From: a virus
Lineage: Duplodnaviria > Caudoviricetes
Length of the DNA stretch: 64,000 nucleotides
Reading direction: 5' to 3' (one strand)
IMG/VR virus record: IMGVR_UViG_3300025580_000012
Coordinates: 7,475-71,474 of that record
Shown here one piece after another: positions 44,501-51,347 of this stretch (position 1 is the stretch's first letter; the number at the start of each line of letters is the position of its first letter). Below the pieces are notes generated by a model, which searched no databases, was not told the origin of the DNA, and was given only the letters and a program-made list of their open reading frames with translations. The translations under genes were made by a program, and so were the position numbers.

Positions 44501-46160
44501 TCCGCCGCCGAAGGGCCGCCCAGGCCCCGGCGAGGAGATCGCCATCGACCCCCTCCCGGAAGGCGCCTCGCTCGACGAGTACCACCTGACCGTCGACGGG
44601 TCGAACGCCCAGGAGATCGCCGACAAGCTGCGGGCCGGCATCCAGCAGTCCGCCGACCTCTGCAAGCTGTCGCCGCCCGTCTGCGAACAGAACCTCGGCA
44701 TCCCGCGCGCCAAGATGCCCCAGCTCGACCCCGAGGTCGGCCGCCGCTTCCTCGCCGACCTCAAGGGGAAGGGCGTCAAGGTCGAGGACGGCGTCGAGCA
44801 CGTCGGCAACATCAAGGCTACGCAGGCGGAGATCAACGCCGACAAGGTCCGCGGGATGGTCGAGGCGATCGGGAAGAGGGAGTACAACCCCGCCGACACC
44901 CCCTTCATCATCTCGCGGGACGGCTTCGTGCTGGACGGCCACCACCGCTGGGCCGCCATGCTCGTCCTCGACCCCGACACCAAGATGAAGGTCCAGAAGG
45001 TCGACATGGACGCCGCCGCCCTGGTCGAGGCGGCCAACTCGTTCGAGGGGGTCGAACAGCGCGACCTCATGGACAAGGCGTCCCGCTTGCTTGCCGCGAT
45101 CGGCATCCCGCACGTCCCCGGCGAGTCGATCGAACTACTCGCCGCCCTCGGCATCACGGCGGACTGGTGGGAGGACAAGTCCTACGAGGAGCAGAAGAAG
45201 TACCTGGAGAAATACCCCAACACGACCAAGAAGATGACGAAGAAGCCGGGCGACCCCGCGCGCGACCGCCAGTTCACACCGGCCGAGCCGGTCCACGAGC
45301 CCCCCGCCGAGAAGGCGCCGATCGGCAGCGAGCTGGCCGCCATCTTCGCCCAGTGGACGGAAGGGCCGATCGAGGAGCGGATCAAGCGGCTGGCCGAGGA
45401 GTACGGGGGGCACGACTGGCCCCTCGTGGCCGAGTCGCGCAAGCCCTCCGCCGACGAGCTGGTCGCCATCAAGCAGGCGGTCGACAGCTATGTGCCCGCG
45501 TTCGAGGCGGTCGCCGACATGCTGAGCGAGTTGGCGGACGGCGGGGAGGTGATCGGCCGGCTCAAGTCGCCCGACTCCGTGTGGGAGAAGCTGGTCATCA
45601 GGCAGAAGGGCAAGGTCCCGGAAGACCTCTGGGACAACGCGGGCACCCGGATGTCGTACGGGACGGTCGAGGAGGAGAAGGCCGCGTACGACCGGTTGCT
45701 CGGCAAGCTGCCGAAGGTCGGCAAGAAGCAGTGCCCGGTGTGCAACCAGGATCTCCCGGGCAACACGGGGAAGTGCCCGACCTGCAAGGACGCGGAGGGC
45801 AAGGCCGTCGACACGGTCGAGACGTCCACGGAGGACGGGATCGTCGAGTGGGAGGACATGTCGACGACCGCGCGGCCCGGGGGCTACCGGGCCATCCACC
45901 TGGCCGTCCGCCTCCAGGGCAAGCTGGTCGAGGTCCAGCTCCGCACGACCCGTCAGACCGTGTGGGCCGACTGGGCGCACAACAAGATTTACAAGGCGCC
46001 CAAGGGGATCGCCAAGAACCAGGAGATCAACGCGTACGCCGAGAGCGTCTCCGACTACCTGGCCGCCCTCGACCAGGGTGGACAGCCCAAGCCTCCCCTC
46101 CAGTGCCCCGAGGCCCTCCGGGTCATGCGGCACTGCTTCCCGGAAGGGATGCTGGCGTGA
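38568..46160 (+). CDS. Giant polyvalent protein (2530 aa): 2H C-terminal strand, zincin HExGH + LPD1-like, zinc fingers, KOW/SH3-like, HNH, ParB-like, RelA/SpoT synthetase-like
   Basis: RBS GGAGG at 38555; IAHELGHALD at 40107; YWQRPCEMFARVFEQYV; EHRRVME..VHHKNEDKKDNRPENL; ATQ..ISRDGFVLDGHHRWAA; GRLKS, DNAGTR, GYRAIH, EVQLRT, WADWAH..YK. Confidence 0.9.
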   Translation: MRVISSLLPPSVEWTADAVDIALGDTREPDARIEQVALPGEPRTAAGWWEGASYQEQVDYIKLHPRTKKKITAPKPEGAEDPPERPAPKPRKKKEKAEEPEKEPEVQPEDEPDDKPEDPPFPDRERDDLEERAPTSTTVPSNEEATRVLDSLDDKLRDLRRAREEVVSSEWRIQTTEQDIAYIDSVSPERLKRFEDRRKSLTDEVRPLRDKWERADRWDRDPADKKRIDKLEDAIHTLDGRLRSMDSALRDDRVERLEYHRKRLEEARADVERLTPEVDDLRERLGMPIGDAYLRFSKETVEQDGQSDAVVEAGQAVVFDEILNDLRVGYMAASEEDRKILGEAIEMAAVVKTPKGGKALLRYVEANARRLGSDVAARVKNAIHERILVLKGGGGPEQLREEVAAARKIKLEDVSRRAPKHTTTEEVAGAYDLKAIDLGDMPDKVAGYYRAGIANALEDLAAALGFKLAGLGRLSIRVEPGREVKGITSGAAGQYRPDTQEVIIAAAHADSIAHELGHALDFMGFNETSGKEAGDWMTPETSILGDAAVYKEQTEYEKKHAAPDLDVEALKRLADGEDDGSGKREAAAVLAVLADSDFYRRAKVRDREMVEYGTAVYWQRPCEMFARVFEQYVWWKLKEAGKVNPFLTKRSYSGEDRHYRDFWGSSKTQSSVYLDDDEFERVRDPFEKMVERFKETGLLKKAVLAMLGLTAGTCRNCGPGATLEQAGYGRADVCSSCGKDPRPLVTPVDWVFQEGDNIWRRVMSCGHTGDRMHDFEAYQYGITRVTDPSVKPNAPPAPKKRRCDACWYEYRTASADLAGQVHASSWDIYQAARQLDRFDFIAVFVARMTKTSANREAVNGMIVRPKDRGWTYGFHGGPASTSGPIDSAALFDAIRRTDLNFYVRQAEDYRVDAHMGRTVEGQRALSCPECGVSLRRRTQTCPSCGVMLVGWPQEPCFVCGRPSLAGGETCEKCGKWLKEVERLSPELTREQALQVLQRIYRDASLQAGPTRGQDVCRQCEEADWCPVHTPFAEDGPAPPAFKPLPPTPKADHTPPPPPPGFWPACGTCGQEHAPVDIEGDALFALLKYQGCPNVGHRACPCCWCRDMADKNTLLASLGVTADWFDDMSPAEQAKYKKDHPRSKRQPTKQGPGEPTQAPQGGPAKKPRKLKKPPIQAPAKTAPPKTAPPSMSQEPWPTSKDTVLWDDQAPSEKDAPEPPAPPKEPASGGLVGQATRLADGLERNLDEALGDVREFADRLEGNAREALDQGVQGIRQVGAEVRRLAGAPGRALQQAAGGLASRLRNLGKGLFALLGEAAGGPIQRLKRVVDGAADWLDGVAHGMEVQLDEVLFGASDRKAPTPRLSPAADQPKPAGPGFLSRLTEAGGQLAERAKRLPADARRLFDDPGYRAEVGRQASETLRRKGRAAVQFIKHDVELARRAGGSIAKLSRGEPLDQHDKEAIGHVARQVASAVVGSLAIGGLAHLTAGALAAHWALEASAKAVTKAARFARRAQAGEVGGFVDELVAMMAEEADQFGQADDDGLTRLLEGIPEDRMDKTLASLGIKYEAVPWNDEYQERAKASVARMTSEDIGDWDRDNLTELIAAGWRNYEAITGKKPDGFDGKHVGIGDDDFICPTRVVPLTADTEAEFLRWIGVTAQFDGGEGEEKDEDDADFKVGDDVTLKETMLGLRQGDVGEVVGVQGYMIGVAFKDHPQAAIYLDKDLLDKQSGGDEEEGDGEGGGEGLSVPSPVAASLRRAYEDERGWERGSDGVREHRRVMEEALDRPLKSTEDVHHKNEDKKDNRPENLEVIDHAEHTREHKTLAALGITADWWSDLGEAGQAQYLKDHPKSEKAKELRDKQKGPKTDKPKRPRYTPPAKPADWVDHPKWEGLDDATRSTLTDHHIDDDTWDSMSGAARYNTIKEIGQGKPAAEPTAPDIQWHADIWKARQDGDDAKVQELIKQGPPDDAPKKMAPQAPPPKGRPGPGEEIAIDPLPEGASLDEYHLTVDGSNAQEIADKLRAGIQQSADLCKLSPPVCEQNLGIPRAKMPQLDPEVGRRFLADLKGKGVKVEDGVEHVGNIKATQAEINADKVRGMVEAIGKREYNPADTPFIISRDGFVLDGHHRWAAMLVLDPDTKMKVQKVDMDAAALVEAANSFEGVEQRDLMDKASRLLAAIGIPHVPGESIELLAALGITADWWEDKSYEEQKKYLEKYPNTTKKMTKKPGDPARDRQFTPAEPVHEPPAEKAPIGSELAAIFAQWTEGPIEERIKRLAEEYGGHDWPLVAESRKPSADELVAIKQAVDSYVPAFEAVADMLSELADGGEVIGRLKSPDSVWEKLVIRQKGKVPEDLWDNAGTRMSYGTVEEEKAAYDRLLGKLPKVGKKQCPVCNQDLPGNTGKCPTCKDAEGKAVDTVETSTEDGIVEWEDMSTTARPGGYRAIHLAVRLQGKLVEVQLRTTRQTVWADWAHNKIYKAPKGIAKNQEINAYAESVSDYLAALDQGGQPKPPLQCPEALRVMRHCFPEGMLA

Positions 46161-46194
46161 AAACGCTTGACACATGCAAGCGTTGTGGTATGCT
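46159..46194 (+). promoter_or_regulatory. Sigma70-like promoter TTGACA-N16-(TG)-TATGCT overlapped by an 8-bp inverted repeat
   Basis: -35 at 46167-46172; -10 at 46189-46194; AACGCTTG (46162-46169) / CAAGCGTT (46177-46184). Confidence 0.7.
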
Positions 46195-46214
46195 GGTTGT
46201 GAAAGGAGCTGGCC

Positions 46215-46463
46215 ATGCTGTTCGTCGGAGCCCGCAGCATCAAGGAGGATCGCGTCTTTCTCTTGCGCTCGTTCGACACGAGCCGCGAGCAGGAGGCGAG
46301 CACCCTGCACACCAAGTTGGCGGCGGTGTATGGGTGCGCCGCCGACCAGGTCGAGATCCTGTTCGGCACGTACCCGTCGCCGGAAGCGTTCTTCCGCCAC
46401 GAGCCGACGTGGGCCGCGCAGTTCTCGGGCGACCCGAGCTTCCCGGACGGCGTCGGCGTCTAG
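46215..46463 (+). CDS. Small hypothetical protein with its own promoter
   Basis: RBS AAGGAG; follows the promoter at 46167. Confidence 0.7.
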   Translation: MLFVGARSIKEDRVFLLRSFDTSREQEASTLHTKLAAVYGCAADQVEILFGTYPSPEAFFRHEPTWAAQFSGDPSFPDGVGV

Positions 46464-46533
46464 CCCGCTGTCCTGATTCCTGCCTGACCCTTTTCCCTCG
46501 TTTCCGCTACCCTCATACCCGAGAGGTCCAGCC

Positions 46534-49500
46534 ATGACCGCCCAGAACCCGTTCGGCCCGGAAGCCCGGGCACGCCGCCGGCTCGCCCGCATCCAGCGCT
46601 TTGCAGGCGCGTTCGCCACGTCTCCAACGCTTCCGGGCAACGACAGCGAGGACGGCCCTCTCGACCGCCGACGTCTTCCGACCGCCGCCATCAAGCTGGC
46701 CAACGAATTCCTTGGCCAATTCACGTGGCCCATCATCCCGACCCTCGTCTACCGGGGCATCCGGACGGCCACCCGCGACGAGCAGACGCCCGCCATCGAG
46801 GCGGACGCCCACGTCATTCTGTCGGCCCAGATCGTCACGCTGACGGGGTGCCGGAGGGAAGTGGACGTCCCCGTGGTCGTCCGGCGGGGCGAGCTGCTCG
46901 AACCGTCCGTCATGATCGTCGATGGCGTCCCCCGCATCATCTCCCAGTCGCTCGTCGACGAGGTCGTCCGCCAGGGGACGTTCAAGCAGAAGGTCGACCC
47001 ACGGGGCGGCATGTTCGCCCCTCCCCTCGACCGCGAGGGGTACGACGCGTTCGTCGACCTCGACGAGGCGTTCAAGATCCAGGACCGCTACTCTCGCGGG
47101 CTCTACAGCGTGGCGGGACGGCGGACCGCCCAGGAGAAGCCCTACCGGGAGAAGCCGTTCCGCCTGGGTGACCGCGTGACGGTCGACGGCGACGAAGCTG
47201 TCGTCAAGGAGTGCTACCCGGATGGGTCGTCCTCCTACATGTTCCCCCACTGCAAGGTCGACTTCATCGACGGCGACAGGAACGTGGCCGTTCCGCTCGA
47301 TCGCGTGCAGAAGAAGGCGGGCAAGACGGCCCAGTCCCAGCTCGACGAGCAGACCATCCACATCCTCCAGCAGCTCGTCCAGTTCGGTCCGTGGACACCG
47401 CGGGGACCTGGTGAGGCGATCGGTCCCGAGTACCTCCAGCCGTTGGTCGACCAGGGGCTCGTCGAGGTTGCGGGCAAGACTGTGACGATCACGGATGCGG
47501 GTCGGGCGGCCGTCGAGGGGCAGGCCAGCCTGTTGGCCGCCCGGATGGCTCGCGGGGATGTCCAGGGCCGCTGCAAGGTGTGCGGCTACATGGCGGCCGA
47601 GCCGGAGTTCGGTGAGCCGCCCGCGTGCCCCGCGTGCCAGTCGCCCGAGATCGGGTGGGGCATGCAGGCCCAGCGGTCCGACCGGGACGAACCCGCGTGT
47701 CCACAGTGCGGTGGCTGGTTGGAAGGGGGTCGGCGGCCGGACGGCAAGGACTGCCCGCGGTGCGGCGAGTTCGTCCGGAACGAAGACATCAAGCAATGGT
47801 CGCCAGACACTAAGTACCCGGCCAGCGACGCCCCCGGCTTCGAGGACGCGCCCGACTGGGATGACGTTCGGCCGCGCACCGGGCAGTCGTCGTTGGGCGA
47901 CCCGAAGATCCGGACGGCCGGGGGCTACGAGGAGGACGAGATCGCCCTCCTGGAAGCCATGCCGGTCGAGCAGTTGGTGTTGGTGCTGTCCGAGTGGCAG
48001 CGCATGAAGGACCCGCAGGCCGCCGAGTTCATCGAGACGATCGAAGACATCCTGAAGTCGAAGGGGTACCAGCCTGGACACAAGGACGCCAGTAGGACGG
48101 CCCAGCGGTACGAGCCGGGCGCCCGCGTGAAGGTGTCGGGCGATCCCGCTCGCGTGCTGGAGCAGGTCCATGAGCCTACCGGGAACGGCGCGTGGGACGG
48201 GAGCTACCGGGTCGAGTGGCTCGATGGCCATACCGATGTCGTCCCCGAATCGAAGCTGTCGGTCGACCGGGACCAAGAGACCCTCCGGCACGTCGAGGCG
48301 TGGAGCCCCGACCCCGAGTTCAACCCCGACTACGATTTCAAGTGTCCGGCTTGCCAGAAGGTCTACTGGTGGGACGGGGAGGAGAGTGGCTCGACCGTTC
48401 CGGCCGATGGGGTGTGCTCGTGTGGCGAGCAGCTCCGGGGGGAAGACGGCGAGTTGTTCAAGGGGGCACAGTCCAGCTCGATCCCCAAGCCCGATCCCAT
48501 GTACGGGACCAACGAGGCGTGGCAGCAGTATTACGAGCGGGTCCGCGAGCAGGAGGCGAGGCAGGTCGAGTGCGAGTCGTGCGGGGAGAAGGGGGAGTGG
48601 CCTCTGTCGGGTTCGGACCTCCGCCTCTGTCCCGAGTGCGTGAACGACGAGATCGACATCCGGCACCCAGAGCCGGCTGCCGCGCCCGACGATGACGACG
48701 TCCCCGACGACATCGATCAACTCGTCATGGAGCCGAACGTGACATGTGCGTGCGGGTCGAGCGCGTTCGAGGTCGGGACGGACGGCCTCGTGTGCGCGGC
48801 GTGCGGGGCGCCCATGGCCAAGCAAGCACAGGCGGGTGGTTCGTGGCCGATGCCAGGCGAGGACGTCCTCCAGACGCCGACGGGCCGGTGGCAGTGGATC
48901 TTCGATGCCGATACCAAGCGGGCCCGCTACTACCACCTGGAGTGCGATGGGTACGCCGGGCAGGATGGTGACTGCGAGCTGTGCGGGGCGCCGAGCCCGT
49001 CGAGCCCGAGGTACGTGACGACCGGCAAGGGGACGTATGGGCCGCGGTCGGGCGCCCGCGAAGGCGACGGCATGCCCGCCGAGCACAACCGGTCGCGCCG
49101 GGAAGACGACTTCTTGGCCGGCCAGGCCGTCACGTTCTCGCGGTCGTTCCGCGAGCGGACCCGTGGCGGCCCCTCCTACCTGGTCGAGTCGGGTGCGTCC
49201 GGCCGGGTCATCCGGGACGTCTTCGAGGACGGTACCTCCTTCGAGGTCGAGGTGGATGGCCGCAAGGTCGTGGTGCCGCGCGAAACCTTGAAGCGGTCGG
49301 GCAGGCGCGCCGACGTCATTGAGTACCCGCCGGATGGCCGGGAGTTCCGGTGCCGGAAGTGTGGCGCCACCCACCCGGTCAACCGGCTGGTGTCGGCGGA
49401 GATCGTTGACGGCCCCACGACGGTCGCGTGCCCCGCGTGCTACTCAGTCGACCTCGACCGCATTGCTCGCGCGACCGTCGACCAGGTCGTTCGTGAAGTC

Positions 49501-49635
49501 GAAGCCCTCAAGCAGGAGGGCTACGACGACATCGACGCCATGTTGGCCGTCCACCAGAAGTATCCCGACCTCGCCGACGCCGTCATGCAGGCCGCCCGCG
49601 ACAAGGGTCTCCTCGACCTCGATGGTGAGCAATGA
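46534..49635 (+). CDS. Mosaic polyprotein-like virion protein (1033 aa) with SH3-like and Zn-finger modules
   Basis: Linkers RRTAQ, KTAQ, RTAQ, KGAQ, KQAQ; F/Y.(L/P)G(D/A)RV.V SH3-like modules; many CxxC. Confidence 0.8.
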   Translation: MTAQNPFGPEARARRRLARIQRFAGAFATSPTLPGNDSEDGPLDRRRLPTAAIKLANEFLGQFTWPIIPTLVYRGIRTATRDEQTPAIEADAHVILSAQIVTLTGCRREVDVPVVVRRGELLEPSVMIVDGVPRIISQSLVDEVVRQGTFKQKVDPRGGMFAPPLDREGYDAFVDLDEAFKIQDRYSRGLYSVAGRRTAQEKPYREKPFRLGDRVTVDGDEAVVKECYPDGSSSYMFPHCKVDFIDGDRNVAVPLDRVQKKAGKTAQSQLDEQTIHILQQLVQFGPWTPRGPGEAIGPEYLQPLVDQGLVEVAGKTVTITDAGRAAVEGQASLLAARMARGDVQGRCKVCGYMAAEPEFGEPPACPACQSPEIGWGMQAQRSDRDEPACPQCGGWLEGGRRPDGKDCPRCGEFVRNEDIKQWSPDTKYPASDAPGFEDAPDWDDVRPRTGQSSLGDPKIRTAGGYEEDEIALLEAMPVEQLVLVLSEWQRMKDPQAAEFIETIEDILKSKGYQPGHKDASRTAQRYEPGARVKVSGDPARVLEQVHEPTGNGAWDGSYRVEWLDGHTDVVPESKLSVDRDQETLRHVEAWSPDPEFNPDYDFKCPACQKVYWWDGEESGSTVPADGVCSCGEQLRGEDGELFKGAQSSSIPKPDPMYGTNEAWQQYYERVREQEARQVECESCGEKGEWPLSGSDLRLCPECVNDEIDIRHPEPAAAPDDDDVPDDIDQLVMEPNVTCACGSSAFEVGTDGLVCAACGAPMAKQAQAGGSWPMPGEDVLQTPTGRWQWIFDADTKRARYYHLECDGYAGQDGDCELCGAPSPSSPRYVTTGKGTYGPRSGAREGDGMPAEHNRSRREDDFLAGQAVTFSRSFRERTRGGPSYLVESGASGRVIRDVFEDGTSFEVEVDGRKVVVPRETLKRSGRRADVIEYPPDGREFRCRKCGATHPVNRLVSAEIVDGPTTVACPACYSVDLDRIARATVDQVVREVEALKQEGYDDIDAMLAVHQKYPDLADAVMQAARDKGLLDLDGEQ

Positions 49636-50078
49636 ACGACGTCCTCAACCCCCTGGCCGTTCCGGAAGGCTCCCTCCTCTTCATCCTGGAGGACCAGTCC
49701 GCCACGTTCATCGGTTACTGTCAGCCGGTCGCCCCCCACGACCCGACTCCCCTGTTCGAGGAGAACGGGTTCCTGGGCGTCATGCAGCCCATCCGCGTCA
49801 TCCAGGGGATGAAGCAGTTGGGCCCCAACCAGGTCGAGAAGGTGTTCAACTCGTACCCGACCAGCGTGGTCGACTGGGTGGACGTCCTGTTCGTCAAGCC
49901 AACGAGGTACTACCTGGCAGGCCCCCAGGCCGCCAAGGTCCACCAGGACTCGTGGAAGGCGTTCTACGACGAGTACCAGCGGAACCGCATCGAGTCGGAG
50001 GCGGGCATCGTGCTCGCCACCTCCGACCAACTTGGTCAGATCGAAGCGATGCGCCGGCAGATCACCCGGCGCCACTGA
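49632..50078 (+). CDS. Hypothetical protein
   Basis: ATGA overlap; GC3-rich. Confidence 0.7.
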   Translation: MNDVLNPLAVPEGSLLFILEDQSATFIGYCQPVAPHDPTPLFEENGFLGVMQPIRVIQGMKQLGPNQVEKVFNSYPTSVVDWVDVLFVKPTRYYLAGPQAAKVHQDSWKAFYDEYQRNRIESEAGIVLATSDQLGQIEAMRRQITRRH

Positions 50079-50088
50079 GGAGTACGTG

Positions 50089-50973
50089 ATGGAACGACGG
50101 GGCATGCAAGCCGAAGACGACCAGAAGGTGCCAGCCGCCTCTTCTGTCGCCGCCCCCAAGAAGTCGGGCGTGTCGGGCATCTGGGAGTACCGGTGCCATC
50201 TCTGTCGACTGACCAAGTCGCACCCCAAGCTGGTCGAGTTGATCCATGAGCGGCACTTCCGCGACCGCCTCCCCTACTCGGCCATCATGGAGGAGGTGAA
50301 CGGCTACATCGCGGCCAACCGGCTCGACATCAAGCCGATCGCCCACTCGTCCTTCACCGCCCACTTCCAGCGGCACGTCCCCGGCGACGCCGCCTTCCTG
50401 CATGCCGTGCAGGCCGAGCACGAGTCGCGCAACTCGGGGGCAGCCGCCCCCGCGCAACCGGACGACGTCCTCGCTCACGTCCTCGCGTTCAAGCGGGAGA
50501 ACATCCAGGCCCTCCAGCAGAACCTCGCCCGCTGGCAGAAGATCGCCGACCGCGCCTACCAGGAGATCGACTCGCCCGACAACCAAGACCTCTACAGCGA
50601 CGAGGCGGAGGACGGGGGGCGTCGCGCCCACGGTAGCCCGCTGGCTATCAAGTCGGCGTTCGGCCGCTTTTCGACGGCCACGCAATCGATCACCGCCATC
50701 ACCTCGACCCTCGACCGCTACGTCAACGGCAAGGACTTCGTCATCGCGGTCCTCCGAGAGGGCATCGACCACTTCACCCACGGGCTCGCCCTGGCGCTCG
50801 GCACCGAGCTGGCCGCCATCTTGGAAGAGGCGGCCACCAAAGAGGTGTCGGCCGCCGACATGGGCGAGTGGATGCACGCCCGCCTGTCGGCCGCGATGGC
50901 CAAGCAGCTCAATCAGTTGCGCGACACCACCCAGCAGATCGTGACCGACAAGTACCGACTCAAGGGGGCGTGA
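50089..50973 (+). CDS. Candidate terminase small subunit
   Basis: C.LC..H zinc/HTH-like N-terminus followed by helices; two genes upstream of terL; call is positional. Confidence 0.4.
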   Translation: MERRGMQAEDDQKVPAASSVAAPKKSGVSGIWEYRCHLCRLTKSHPKLVELIHERHFRDRLPYSAIMEEVNGYIAANRLDIKPIAHSSFTAHFQRHVPGDAAFLHAVQAEHESRNSGAAAPAQPDDVLAHVLAFKRENIQALQQNLARWQKIADRAYQEIDSPDNQDLYSDEAEDGGRRAHGSPLAIKSAFGRFSTATQSITAITSTLDRYVNGKDFVIAVLREGIDHFTHGLALALGTELAAILEEAATKEVSAADMGEWMHARLSAAMAKQLNQLRDTTQQIVTDKYRLKGA

Positions 50974-51347
50974 TGGACGATCGCGTCGAGCTGAAGTTCG
51001 GACAGGACGGCTACCAGACCGCCCCCGATCCGACCATGAAGGGGCCGGCCGCCTCGGTCGATCGCCGCAAGCGACCCGACCGCCTCTGCATGAAGGCCAA
51101 GTCCCTCCAAGTCGTCTCGGATGGGACGCTCGCCGGGACAGCCGTGTTCGTCGACGGCGTGCAGGTCGGCGGGCTCGTCCGATTCGAGATGGTCGCGCAG
51201 AAGGGCTACCGGCGCGTCACCGCCGTGGTCGACATGAACTACGACAAGGAGGCGATCGAGGAGCACGGCGAGCTGGCCGGCCAAGAGGTCCGCGATGACT
51301 CGGGCAACCCCATGACCATCACGGTCGACGTGTTCCGGAGGGAGTGA
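50973..51347 (+). CDS. Hypothetical protein
   Basis: TGATG overlaps at both ends. Confidence 0.65.
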   Translation: MDDRVELKFGQDGYQTAPDPTMKGPAASVDRRKRPDRLCMKAKSLQVVSDGTLAGTAVFVDGVQVGGLVRFEMVAQKGYRRVTAVVDMNYDKEAIEEHGELAGQEVRDDSGNPMTITVDVFRRE

